A stretch of 54,505 bases of DNA from Octopus sinensis (GCF_006345805.1 NW_021834218.1:1-54505); one strand, 5' to 3'. Numbered from the stretch's first letter, positions 1 through 13,206 are shown. The notes: generated by a model from the letters alone, not told the origin. Made by a program: numbers and translations.

Positions 1-213
1 GAGAGTGAGAAATATACAGAAATAATGAGAGACAAAGTGTGGTTGAGGCATAATGGGAAAGATATTAGACGGAAAAAAAAGACAGAGAGAATGAAAGAGT
101 TCCATGGAGAGAAAGTCAGCATGTGACATGGCAAATAATATATAGAGACAAACAGAAAGAGTATTAGAGAGAGGGGACAGAGAAAGAAACAGTAAAAGGA
201 ATTGAGAGATTAC

Positions 214-248
<35 letters not shown>

Positions 249-469
249 TGGTTCGACTGGAAACCGAAACTCATACGAAGACCACCCTGGTGGAGGAGTC
301 TATCAACCATTGCATATCCACAACTGTACAGCAAGCATTTATTTTGTCTACATGTCTATACCCAACATAAACATCAAAATAAATGAAGTTTATGCGGGTG
401 AAAGGAGGGTGGAGGGTCTTTCTATACTCATTCTCTTTCAGAGAGAGAAGGCTTTTAATGCCTCTAGGA

Positions 470-714
470 CACAATGTACATATATACGTTTGCATGTGTA
501 TACATACATATATGTATGTGTGTATACATAAAATACATGCATATATATAGATGCATATAGTTATAAATATACATATATATACATATATATACACACACAC
601 ACACATATATATATACCTACATATATATATATATACATATATATACATATATCGATATATATGTATATATATATATACTCTATATAATATATATATATAT
701 ATATTATATATATC

Positions 715-747
<33 letters not shown>

Positions 748-790
748 CACATCTGAAGATAAATGCGCAAATATATACACAGGCGTGCGT
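470..790. repeat. (TA)n/(TACA)n microsatellite
   Basis: Direct reading. Confidence 0.95.
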
Positions 791-1457
791 GTGTATGATG
801 TTTATGCATTTATATTTATTTTTTAGGTGAGAATAGTTTTGTAATAATAATAGAATAATTCTTATATAATAAAATAAAAATATGTTATTTGCTGAGAATA
901 ACTCCAGTAATATTCTCAAAAAAAAATAAATATTGATACTCACACACACATAGACACACACACATAGACACATATATATGTACGTAAGTATATATATATA
1001 TACATGCACACACCCTATTTTACGTATTAAGTTCTGTTTCTCTTGGAACAAAACGTGTGTGTGTTTGTCTATGGGTATATGATATGTGTACACTGACGCA
1101 CACAAGCACGTATATTCATGTCATCAGGTTACTATGAAATCACTCCACGAATATATTCATGTGTGTGTGCGTGTTTGTGTGTTTGTGTGTGCTTGTACGT
1201 GAGCTTGGGTATACACTACAAACACACACACACACATACACATATATATACGTGTGTATGTGTGTGTGTGTAAATGAAAGAATCGCAATATAAGACAATA
1301 AAAACATTCGGACAGAGAGATGATACAAAGGCGGACAAGAGAACGAGTCATTCACTGACGAGTCATTCACGGCCTTCTTTCCTCAGTCAAGCACCAGAAT
1401 TCATAACTGTTTCGGACAGTTACGTACACACGCACGCACATATGTATAACTATCGAT

Positions 1458-1597
<140 letters not shown>

Positions 1598-1629
1598 TGT
1601 GTGTGTCTGTGTGTGTATTTATATTTTAT

Positions 1630-1830
1630 TTGCTTCAGTCATTAAACTGCCGCCCTCCTAGGGCACCACCTTGAAGAATTTTTAGTCGAATGGATCGAAC
1701 TCCAGTGCCTTTTTCTTTTCTATCAGTCTCTTTACCGAACCGCTACATAATGGGGAAGTAAACACACTAACACTGGTTAGTAAGCAGTTTTGGGTTATAA
1801 ACGTTGACACAAAGAAGCACACACCTCCAC
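1630..1830 (-). mobile_element. Diverged family-1 SINE tail half
   Basis: cagtcatt...tagtcga...ctatcagtctcttt.ccgaaccgcta...gtaaacacac. Confidence 0.6.
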
Positions 1831-1833
1831 ACC

Positions 1834-1873
<40 letters not shown>

Positions 1874-2658
1874 ACACACATATATATATGACGGTTTTCA
1901 ATTGTACAGGCGTTGCACTATCTTTTCTTTTCAGCTCATAATCTAGCTTAACTTAAACTTTTACCTGTTTTAATTTTACAGGCATTTATTTTATTTCACG
2001 AGTCCCATTTGAAAGAGTAGTTACATAATTTTCTTCTTGTAGACTGCCGCAATGAATGCATGTGATTATTGGAACGGTATTTAAATATATCAGCTTCTCT
2101 TTATGCATTGCATAGTATGTTTTATCATTGATTAAGTAGTTTAAGCTTAGAGGACAAATGTTAGCTTGGCATTATATTATTACACTTGTTTATGGTTGGG
2201 TTAGTGCTAGTATTTGTCACAGCTGTTAAGAGTCAAATCTTCGTGAAAAGTTGACAGAACTCAAAAAGGAGCGTTCAAAATTTTGTTGTTAAAAAAGACA
2301 TAGTTTTAATGTTGTCGGAAATATTTCGCAAAGAAATTAAAGAATGATTTAAGTGTCCAGTAGCGGTAGTGGATTTGCTAAATCTAGATTTTCGCTTCTT
2401 TGAGCATCAGCAGCAGCAGCAAGTGTCCAATAACAACGGCGTGTTGAGATAAATGTACTTTCTACTGTTATAGAGAAACAGTGGTTTTCTTTAATATAAC
2501 CAATGTAAAATAACACAATGTTATTTTGATTTAAATCCTGATTTGTCTCTAATAACGAATTTTAGCCGGCCTTCCGCCAATTTGCGACTGTGACGACTTG
2601 GTAATCACTATTTTCCTATATCAAAAAGAGCTAAATTTCAATGTATTTTTCTTTCTGC

Positions 2659-2727
<69 letters not shown>

Positions 2728-2744
2728 CATCCATCTATCCATCC

Positions 2745-2816
<72 letters not shown>

Positions 2817-3204
2817 GCTAGCTAGCTAGCTAGCTATCTACATATCTATCTTTCTTTCATTCACTGTCTGTATTTGAGCCTACCTTGCTCTCTCTTGCTC
2901 CCACACTCTCATTATATATATGTGTGTTGGTGGGGGTGTTACTCTTCATCTTTTACTAATCCTAAGACTGCTGCCATGCTGCAGCAGCGTCTTGAAGAGT
3001 ACTTCATTAAAGGAATGGACTGTTTTAAAGCCTTGTACTTATTCTATCGATCTCTTTTAGTGAAATGCTGGATTACGTGAAACATACACACACTAATACC
3101 GGCTGTCAAGCTATGGTGGGATACAAAATCATACACAACTACACACACACACATGCATCCTCTCCACACACACATACATACATACATATGTATATATATT
3201 CAGT

Positions 3205-5875
3205 TCAAATTTACAGAAACAAAAGTACGAAAACCGGTGCAAGAACAACAAACAGCTGTATTAGTTTAACGATCGGGAAGTATGGAAAAGATATTACTTT
3301 TCGAACCTATGATCTTCGATAGAAAGAATTTAAGAGAAATGGAGAGAAAAATGTGCAGAGTTAAACAGTCCAAGATGACGAGATAACAGGATAATAAGAG
3401 GCTGAATGAAAGGGAGATATTAATAATAGTAATGATAATAACGTTAGTGGTGACCCCAACGAACTAAGGTGCGCAAGGTAGTGTGTGCATGTGAGAACGG
3501 TGTGTGTGAGTGTGTATGTGTGAATGGGGGCGAGTGTGTGTGTGCGTATCATCGTGTGCATATGTTTGAGGCTAACGTGTGTGTGTGTTGATGTATGCTT
3601 GTTCAGATGGTGTGCGCATGCGTGTATGGGTGTGCATGTGTGTATGTGTGTGACCAAATACTGCATTTGTATAGTGTAAGGTTGTGGGCGAAAGTTATCT
3701 GTTTCTATGTGCATTGTGTGTGTTTGTGCGTGTTGCGTAGTGTATATATTGTGTTCATGCATTATGTGTTTATGTAAGTCTGAGTGTATGCATGCTGGTG
3801 TGTTTTTACTGAGTCAAACAGTATGTGGGGCTGCTCGCATAGTAGTACGTGTGGTGACGCTATTGAAGATTGAGTGTGGGTGTGTGAATGTGTGGATACT
3901 GGTGTGTGGTGTGGTCCTGAGAATTGTTTGTGGAATCGGAAGGTGATTGTGGGTGTGTGAATTGAGTAATGAGTTATACAGTGTGTATGGATGTTTGTAT
4001 AGTGGTGTGCGTGTGTGTTGTGAGGGTACCTAGGTAGACGGGATGCTTGTGTGTAGGTGAAGGGGTAGTCGTATGTGGGAATCCGTGTAGGGTTGGTGTC
4101 AAATGAAGAGAAGTAGTCAGTTGAGCTTATTGACGCAAAGGAACGAAGAGAGATTAATTCCTGTTCACGGCGAAGGTGGGAGTCAGGATGACCCCTGTGC
4201 AGTGACGGTCCGAACAGAGACAGATGTTGTAGCGAATGACAGGAGGAGAGGAGGTGTAGTGAGACTGGAGTATCATTGCCGATTCCGATGTCTCGGAGGT
4301 GCTCCGCGAGCCGATTAACCAAGCGACATCCTGTTTCACCAATGTACAGGGAAGGAGAGAGAGTGCAGGAGATGCAGTAAAAAACATTTCTTGTGGTGCA
4401 GGTAAAGGAGACGGTGACATGATAGAGACGGTAATGAGTGCCAGCTAGGATGGTGGGGCTGGAAATGTAGGAGCAAGTGTGATGGCGTGGGCGAGAGTAG
4501 GGGGGAGGGGGCCAAGCTGAGAGGCAAGGTTAATGAGGATACTATGGACCAGGATGCCACGCTCGTTTGAAGGATGGTAGGGGTAGGTTAAGGAAGATTG
4601 ATGGATCGGACTGGAGTCGCCGCAAGCCTCAGAGAATGGTGCACTGGAGAAGTCGGGTGGAGGGTTTGCAGGTGAGGGGAAACAGGAGACGGGTAAGTGT
4701 GAGGCGGGTACAAGGAGAAAGAGCAAATGCATGGCCCCCAGATCATGCCCAGACAAGAGCAGTATGGATAATGGTGAGGGGAAATCCACGTAGAATGAAG
4801 TGGCGAGCTATGAGACTGGGTCTCAGTTTTATGGTCGTCATTGCAGAGCCTGATTAGACGGAGGAATTGGGTGTAGGGTATGGAGGGCTTGGTGTTGGTT
4901 AGAGTGGGAGAAGGAAAAGTTAAGGTCGGAGTGTAAGACAGTGTGTTTGTAGTGGATGGATAGGGTGAGAGCGGAGTGTTGTATGTTGACAGAAATGTGG
5001 AGAAATTCAAGAGAAGCATTAATGATAGTGCAGGAGAATTCGCGGGCAGGATGGAAGGATTGGACAAAGGAGAGGAAAGAGTCCAGATCTTTACGGGAGA
5101 ATAAGGTCGCGCCGATACATCATCGATGTAACGAGTGTATAGCTCAGGAGGGGGACCAGTGAATTGTGAGAATATTTGGGCCTCAACATAGCCAACGAAT
5201 AAGTTGGCATAGCTGGGACCTATTCTCGCTCCCATAGCCACTCCGAGAAGCAGTTGAGGGAGAGGACAAGTTCGGCCAAACGAAGAAGTGTGTAGGTGCC
5301 AGGATGAGTGTCTAGCTGAAGGTCAATGAAGTGTTTGAGAAGCAAGAAAGCCTTCGTTGTGCAGGAAGACCGTAAACGAAGATTTAATGTCGAGAGTGAA
5401 CAGAAGTTGAGAGGGGCCACAGGGGAAGGAAAAAGAGTTAAACAAACGGAGAGCATGATTGGTGTCGTGAATGTGTGTGAGGAGGAAGTCACTAGGGAAG
5501 AGGGAAGGACGACATGGTCGAGGTATTTGGAGATCATTTCGGTGGTGTACTCGCAGCCGGAGACATAAGGGCGGCCATGGTTGTTGGGCTTGTAGATTTT
5601 GGTAAGTAAGTAAATAGTGGGGTACGGATAGGGAGGCTGGAGGTGGTGGGAGGAAGGAGAGGAATAACGAGGTCATAAATGTTGAAGGACATAGCCTGTT
5701 GGTAGTTAGGCGAGGGGTTAGAGGACAGACGGCAATTGAAGTGGACGGAAAGCTTTACCCCTGTGAAGGTCTGCGCGTCACACCACTGCAGCTCCACCTT
5801 TGTCGGCCGGTTTGATGAGGGTATCTTTGCGACGTCGAAGACATTGATGTGCCGAGAGTCCGGCCAGGGAGATAT
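3205..5875 (-). mobile_element. Penelope-like retroelement (probably Neptune-type), 5'-truncated and frameshifted; RT + GIY-YIG, CA-rich 3' region, terminal repeat
   Basis: Minus-strand translations give IKPADKGGAAVV (~5795-5830), LFTLDIKS, AMGARIGPSYANLF, YIDD (5119-5130), SIPYTQFLRLIRLC, then SRPRHHTC...NVFYCISC...YIGETG...RLAEHLRDI (GIY-YIG, ~4090-4490). The terminal-repeat copy is at ~3205-3400. Confidence 0.92.
3292..3326 (-). ncRNA. Degenerate minimal hammerhead-like motif in the PLE terminal repeat (copy 1)
   Basis: Minus strand reads CTTT-CTATCGA-A-GATC-ATAG-GTTC-GAAA-AGT-A. It aligns with the copies at 24617 and 31790 and is decayed. Confidence 0.55.
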
Positions 5876-5888
5876 TGCAATATAAACA

Positions 5889-5987
5889 TGACGAGTTTCT
5901 TTCAGTTTCCCTCTACCAAATCCACTGGCAAGTCTTTGGTCGCTCCGAGGCTATAATAGAAACCACTTACTCAAAGTGACACGCAGA
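5889..5987 (-). mobile_element. Family-1 SINE internal fragment at the PLE 5' break
   Basis: acgagtttctttcagtttccctctaccaaatccact... Confidence 0.65.
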
Positions 5988-5989
5988 TC

Positions 5990-6037
5990 TATACATATCC
6001 GTATATATATATATATAATAATATATATATATAGATA

Positions 6038-6088
<51 letters not shown>

Positions 6089-6239
6089 GTGGTGTGTATG
6101 TAGTATGTAGTATGTATGTATATATATATAGAGAGAGAATTTAGATGGATGGATGGATAGATGGATAGATAGATAGATAGTAAGATATATAGATGATAGA
6201 TAGATAGATAGATAGATAGACCGATAGATAGATAGATAA

Positions 6240-6281
<42 letters not shown>

Positions 6282-6302
6282 GATAGCTAGATAGATAGAT
6301 AA

Positions 6303-6345
<43 letters not shown>

Positions 6346-6350
6346 TATAG

Positions 6351-6407
<57 letters not shown>

Positions 6408-6410
6408 TAG
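5990..6410. repeat. Compound (TA)/(TATG)/(GATA)/(GA) microsatellite
   Basis: Direct reading. Confidence 0.95.
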
Positions 6411-6793
6411 ATAATGCTTTCGAGCTGCTGTGTGCAAAGGAAAGTGGAAGAGAGTAATCAATACCTAAAGAGCTAAAGTTTATTTATTCTTTTAATGGAA
6501 GCTGAATCGCTATCTTGACGCTACTCTAAGTTTCATGCTGAGTTAATCTCTAAGGGAAAATGATGTGGAAATTTAAACTGTAACATTTGTACTGATCACC
6601 TGATAAACTGATTTTGCTACTCTACTTTTGTATTTCATGAGCGTTTTTCTTTTATCTTTCGTTTTTCATCTTATTTCGGTTTTAATGCCCTTCGGTACTC
6701 TTTTTGGCTCTTCCTGCTGCTACTGCTGCTAGTGCTGTTGCTGCTGCTGCTGTTGCTGCTGCTGCTGTTGCTGCTGTTGCTGGTGATGCCGCA

Positions 6794-7676
6794 AACTAAA
6801 ACTAGAACAGCAAAGAACCATGATAAATCGATGGCAAGAACAGCCCCTTCATGGTAAATACTGGACTAAATTAAATGCAAAAGAAATAGACAAAGAAAAA
6901 TCCCAGCAATGGTTGGGAAGCTCAGGACTCAAAGCAGAGACAGAGGGATTTTTAATTGCAGCACAAGACCAAAGCCTCCCCACCAGAAATTACCAAAAAC
7001 ATGTAATGAAAAGAAATATAACAAGTAACTGCAGAATATGTGGAGATGGACAAGAAACAATAAATCATATTATATCTGGCTGCCCAGTCCTGGCTAAGAA
7101 GGAATATATTCACAGACATGACAGAGTTGGGACCTATATACACTGGAAGCTATGCCAACATTATGGAATAACAACAGAAAAAAGATGGTATAGGCACACA
7201 CCAGAAAAGGTCACAGAAAACGAGAAAGCAACCATACTCTGGGATATGCCGATACACACAGATAGAGAAATTAAGGCCAACACACCAGATATAGTTGTCA
7301 GAGATCATGAAGAAAAAAAATGCTTTCTAATTGATGTATCAATACCAGCAGATGACAACGTATCTCTTACGAAATGGAGAAACTTTCAAAATACAAAGAC
7401 CTGGAAATAGAGGTAACCAGAATGTGGAATCTAAAAACAGAAACAATTCCTATCATAGTAGGTGCCTTAAGCATGATAAAAAAATATTCAGACAAATACA
7501 TAACAAAAACACATATAACATACAGAAAATTGCGCTACTAGGCACTGCACACATCCTACGCTGAATATTTTCCATACAATAACCATCAGAGCATCACAAC
7601 AAATCACAGCACATACCCAAGGCACACAGAGCTGCGCTCGGTAGTGAAGTGAAAGCACGCTATAAAAATAAAACTA

Positions 7677-7679
<3 letters not shown>
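6794..7679 (+). mobile_element. R4/Dong-type REL LINE, 3' portion (family 1) with (TAA)n tail
   Basis: ORF 6820-7410: LHGKY, AAQDQSLPTRNY, CRIC-x8-H-x4-C zinc knuckle, RHD, LWD...PDIVV...IDVSIP. A 1-nt frameshift near 7370 leads to KYKDLEIE...LGTAHILR. The 3' UTR ends at the TAA array. Confidence 0.93.
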
Positions 7680-7756
<77 letters not shown>

Positions 7757-7757
7757 T

Positions 7758-8539
7758 TACCTCAACAGACATGATAGAGCAGCACAATACATTCACTGGG
7801 AAATTTGCAAAGACTTGGACCAGCCCCATAATAAAGCCTGGCGGGAACACAAACCACCTCCAGTGCTTGAAAATGACCACATCTCACTTCTTTGGAACTG
7901 CACTTTTCAAACTGACAGAAAGATAGATGCAAATAGGCCAGGCATTATATTGAAGGACTTCAAACAAGAATCATGCCTACTTATTGATATGACTATCCAA
8001 ATCGACATAAATGTATCGTTCATGACCTACCAAAAAACTGAGCAAGTATAAAGACCTTGAAACAGACATTGACAAAATGCAGAATCTCATGACTATACAA
8101 TACTTGTCGTTCATGGCTGCCATAGGAATAAGAGCAAAGGGGGCTGATTGCTACTTAGCTCAGATACCACGAATTCCAAAAATTGGGGAAATTCAAAGAA
8201 AAATAGTGCTCATGAGAACTGCCCATATCTTATGTAAAATATTCTCTATGCAATCTCCCAAATATTTTAATCCCTAAACAGTGTCAAAATATTTTTAAAT
8301 ATACATAAAAGCAAACACCTTTTAATGTCATCTTAATACCAGACTATCATCTTCTAATCAAATTACTTTTATAACAAACTTCTAAGTTACTTATGTTTTG
8401 ACAGACATTCTCTAGAACAATTCTCTGTGCAAAACCAGATATATGGCACCCTTGTCATAACACCAACTTGAAAATCTAACTTGTCGTCTATTGAGGTATG
8501 GGTGAGTCAGCTTGTACAAATACAAAGCAAAAGCCAAAC

Positions 8540-8544
<5 letters not shown>
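7758..8544 (+). mobile_element. R4/Dong-type REL LINE 3' fragment (family 2), TAA arrays on both sides
   Basis: WREHKPPPVLENDHISLLWN...RPGIILKD...LIDMTI, ...TAHILCK. The 3' end gcaaaagccaaacat precedes (AAT)n. Confidence 0.88.
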
Positions 8545-8604
<60 letters not shown>

Positions 8605-8607
<3 letters not shown>

Positions 8608-8771
8608 GTTTCAAATTTTGTCACAAGTGCAGCAGTTTGGAGATAAACTGATTTTATCGACCCCAGTGTTTAACTGGTACTTAACGGAATTTGAACTCAG
8701 AACGTAGCGATGGGCGAAATACCGCTAAGCATTTTGTCCAGTGCGCTAACGATTCTGCCAGCTCATCGCCT
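8605..8771 (-). mobile_element. Family-2 SINE (centre deleted) inside an (AAT)n array
   Basis: Head ggcgatgagctggcagaatcgttagc on the minus strand. Confidence 0.8.
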
Positions 8772-8784
8772 CAATAATAATAAT

Positions 8785-8818
<34 letters not shown>

Positions 8819-8846
8819 GCAGCAATAATAATAATAATAATAATAA

Positions 8847-8881
<35 letters not shown>

Positions 8882-8884
8882 ACG

Positions 8885-9370
8885 TTGACGACGCACAGAA
8901 TGCACCACTCTTATAGCCAGATATACAACGACTTTACCTACGATAGAAAATGTGAATTACAAGATCCTTTGGGACTTCGCCTTAAACACTGACCATACTA
9001 CTGAAGCAAGATGACCGAATACGATCATAGAGGTCAAAATAAACAAACCGTTACAGATCATAGATTTTACAATTTCGTATGATAGCAGAATCGATACCAA
9101 ACAAATTAAAGACATTGCGAAATAGGATCTCGCTGAGGAAGCTGTAGATGTTCATGACTACAATTATTCCTGTGGTAATCTGTGCATTTGGCACAACACC
9201 AGAAATGCTGCCTAAAAGAGTGGAAAGAGATAGGAATGGAAACTTGCATTGTCGACATGCTGAAAATTACCATCTATTATACAGGAAGAATCTTAAAGAC
9301 GATTCTTGAGATTTGGGGTTTGTTTTCACCAAACCTCAAGATACAGCACCTGCTAATTAAATCAGCATAC
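8885..9370 (+). mobile_element. Decayed REL LINE 3' fragment (family 3)
   Basis: YKILWDFALNTDH...IIDFTISYD, TTIIPVVI, ...YTGRILKTILE. Confidence 0.65.
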
Positions 9371-9654
9371 ACCAGCGTAATAACAACAACAACAGCAACT
9401 ACAACACCAACTGAATAACAGCAATGACGACGATGACGTCAACAAAGATAAATCGTTTTTCTATGGGCACAGGGCCTGGAATTTTGGTGGGAGGTGGCTA
9501 GTCTATTACATCGATGCAAAAGCCTAAGATTGTTAGAATGATATATATGAATAACCTACAACACTGTTTATATCAATCAAAGGAAATCAACAATGCTGCC
9601 GATATACAATAGATAGGCATAAAATTCCACAGGACCTGAGGAAGCACACCAAGA

Positions 9655-9830
9655 TGGAAGGATTTCTTAGATATCTCCATCGCATCAATTCTGCCCACAA
9701 CCAGTTTTTGTTCTACTTAGAAAACCATACTCAGGTAAGTTCCATCCATACTCACTGTGTTAACCATTTTCATCTTAACACTGTAGAAGGACAGTACCAC
9801 CCTCTGTTCTCTCGCTTTCTTTAAATTTCG
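9655..9830 (+). mobile_element. Highly decayed PLE RT-thumb fragment
   Basis: FLDISI followed after a frameshift by FSS*HCRRTVPPS, resembling the PLE FLDISI...SSxHPxHxKxSIPxS block. Confidence 0.35.
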
Positions 9831-10059
9831 TTAAGGAAACTGATGAGAGCTTACCTAGGTAGGAAAGTGCCTGTTTTTAAACCTTTCGGACGAGTCCGCT
9901 ACACCAACTTCTTTCGTCAGTCACCATGAAAAGAAAAATGATTTACCTCCCTTTATTACCAACATCCCTGAACCAAAAATAAAACTTCTATCGTTCCACC
10001 AAACACCTCCATACCTCCTGCCTCGTAACTCCACTACCACCTTCACATCACAGATACTA

Positions 10060-10684
10060 CTACATGGTTAAGATCCTCTCCACCAGCACACTATCAAAGC
10101 CACCAATACAACCACCAACGACATCTGCTCTGCCACCACTGCTACCAGCAACGCAGTGATCACTACCATAGCAACGACACCGACCGCTACCAGCAACACA
10201 AGCCCTAACACAATCAACACCACCGTTGCGACTACCATTCCTGTAAACTACTATCAAAACTCTACTACAACCATAACCCCAACCAATACAACTACCACGG
10301 CGATCTTTCACCTCTCCCTTCAGCTCCAAGTCCATATTACCGCCACCAACACCACCACCACCACCTCCTCCTCCTCCTCCATCAACACTTCTAACACAAT
10401 CACTACTACCATATTCGTCACCATAACTACTACTACTAATACTACTGCCATTATCACCAACATTACCACCACCACCACCACCACCACAACAACAACAATC
10501 ACTAAAAGCAACGGTACCACAGTTACTACCACCACTACCATCACCTCCATCAAAACCACCATCACCACCACCTCAACCATACATCCACACAACCGTCACT
10601 ATCACTATTACCACTACAGCCACCACCATCACTACTTCTAACAAAATCACTACTACCACTATCAATACAGCTATCGCCACCATA

Positions 10685-10725
<41 letters not shown>

Positions 10726-10980
10726 CACTACTACTAGTACTACCACTACCATCACAACCACTGAAAGCATCGGCGCCACACAGTTACTACCGCCACCATC
10801 AATACCACAGCCACCACAACCACCACCGAGCTCATCATCTCTATAAAAGCCACCTCCGTCACGAACGCCATCATGACATCACCACCAGCATTACCATCGT
10901 CAGTACTATCACCACCAACATAGGCACGTAGACCACCACAACCACCAATACGAACACTATCAGCACGACCACCACTATGG
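10060..10980. repeat. Degenerate (ACC/ACT/ATC)n low-complexity tract
   Basis: Direct reading. Confidence 0.85.
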
Positions 10981-11436
10981 AATGAAGTCACATTTCTGAA
11001 ACAAATGACCTTTACAAAAACCCCCCATAATTAACACTCTGTTGACGAACTGTTCCACTAATCAGTGTCAGCGATTTTTTTTTTTTTGGTTGAGAGGGAG
11101 CGGTTATGGGGTTGGACCCCTTTCCTACCTTTTGACACATGATGTAGAAATGGAGTGGCGGGCATCGGTGGGTACTAATGTCGGCTACATTTAGACAATA
11201 TGTGTGTGTACGTATGTATACATACATACATACATACATACATACATGCATACACTATAAATACATACCATACATATATACACACCATACATATTATACA
11301 CCCATATATATATATTTATATATATACACACACACATATGTGTGAGTGCGTGTTGTATATATGTGTGTGTATATATGTGTTTATTTAGCTATCAATCTAT
11401 TTTTCTATCTATCTCTTTCTCTCTCTTCCTCTCTCC

Positions 11437-11499
<63 letters not shown>

Positions 11500-11779
11500 T
11501 GTATGTATATATATAATATGTATATATCAGTGCTTTCTCACATACTCATACCCATGTATACAATTATCCATGCTTTCATAGGTCTAAACATGTACGTATA
11601 TATGGATATGCATTTATTGTGAACGTACGTGTACTCTTAGCATATATTTCTTTTGCTACAATATCTGTACTGTATATACATACATGTATACATATATATA
11701 AAAACAGATTCATACATATATATATACGCATCTGTGCATAAACATTGTAGGTCAAAAGGTAGCTAAACACTTTTTGTGT

Positions 11780-11968
11780 AACTTCCTTATTTCAAGTTAT
11801 TACTATTATTATTATTATATTATATTATTATTATTATTATATTATTATTATTATATTATTATTATTATTATTATTTTATTAATTATTAATATTATTATTA
11901 TTATTATCATTATTTTACTATTATTATATTATATTATATTATTATTATATTATTATTATTATAATCAT

Positions 11969-12000
<32 letters not shown>

Positions 12001-12031
12001 AATTATTATTATTATTATCATTATATTACTA

Positions 12032-12091
<60 letters not shown>

Positions 12092-12180
12092 TATTATTAT
12101 TAATTATTAATATTATTATTATTATTATCATTATTATTACTATTATCATTATTATTATTATTACTAGTATTATATTATTA

Positions 12181-12211
<31 letters not shown>

Positions 12212-12250
12212 TTAATTATATTGTTGTTGTTGTTGTTGCTGTTGTTATTA
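11780..12250. repeat. (ATT)n array
   Basis: Direct reading. Confidence 0.95.
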
Positions 12251-12454
12251 TTTTATCTATTTATTTATTTATGATTATTTTTCATTTTGACTTCTGTGGC
12301 AATGCATAACGGAATCAAGCAGACCATGAAAGTGGCATAATTCCGGAATTTATATTAAAGGGAAATCAAAAAATACACTTGTATGCGTTTATGTATGTAT
12401 ATCCATATAACTACACATACACACACACACACCACAATATATATATAATACATG

Positions 12455-12511
<57 letters not shown>

Positions 12512-12758
12512 GGTGTGTGAGCGTGTGTGCATGTGTGTGTGTGTGCGTGTGTGCATATGTATGTATGGTATGTATGTAACGTTCTTGTACGTGTGTGTGC
12601 TTGGACTATCACTGTGATGTATTCTTTTGCAGGATAAGGTTATTCCCATGTTCATTATGGTCCCATCTTCCCCGACTTTGTCTCTGTGACCTCTCACGTT
12701 CAGCTCTCAAACTCCTGCTCCAGCTGACATATTGTGCTGGATCACTTACTCACAATAC

Positions 12759-12795
<37 letters not shown>

Positions 12796-12808
12796 GAGAT
12801 ATATTTAC

Positions 12809-12955
12809 TATTAATAGTTATCGCCATACTAATATGGCAGTCTATAAATATAAGACTAAAGCTGTCGCTGATTAGCTCCAAGAGGCCATCGCCTCTAGCT
12901 AGCTTTAATCTTATAGTTATAGACTGCCATATTAGTATGGCGATAACTATTAATA
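12809..12955. mobile_element. MITE-like inverted repeat 1 (55-bp arms, 37-nt spacer)
   Basis: 12809-12863 is the reverse complement of 12901-12955 with 2 mismatches; TA at both outer ends. Confidence 0.8.
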
Positions 12956-13206
12956 TCCAGTAACGCTGCCGTAATCTCCTTTAGAGAGACTGAGTAATTT
13001 TGATATATTTACTATTTTTGTTTAGGCCTTCTAACAGCGCAGTAAGCAGCAGTGCGGCAGCCCGCTAACGTGCTGCTCTCGCCGCTGCTGCTGCCGACCG
13101 CGCAACGCCCTGCCGGCGCCGCCCCGACATACATGGCGCTCGGCCGACGGTGCTGCACGCTTTGCGGCTCCATGACATTTAACTCTTCTCAACTCATCCT
13201 TCCTAC

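Noticed and set aside
9633-9734. Apparent 102-nt plus-strand exon (CAG...GTAAGT, DLRKHTKMEGFLRY...)
   Set aside because: Weak pyrimidine tract, and another frame gives PLE-like FLDISI; more likely a retroelement relic, though not excluded without RNA-seq.
9840-9870. CTGATGA...GAAA hammerhead-like string
   Set aside because: No stem II closing directly onto GAAA, and no stem I or III.
10156-10641. Thr-rich mucin-like ORF
   Set aside because: Degenerate ACN trinucleotide tract with no splice or domain support.
12640-12740. Minus-strand ICQLEQEFES resembling homeodomain helix 1
   Set aside because: Immediately followed by a stop, with no helix 3 motif anywhere nearby.
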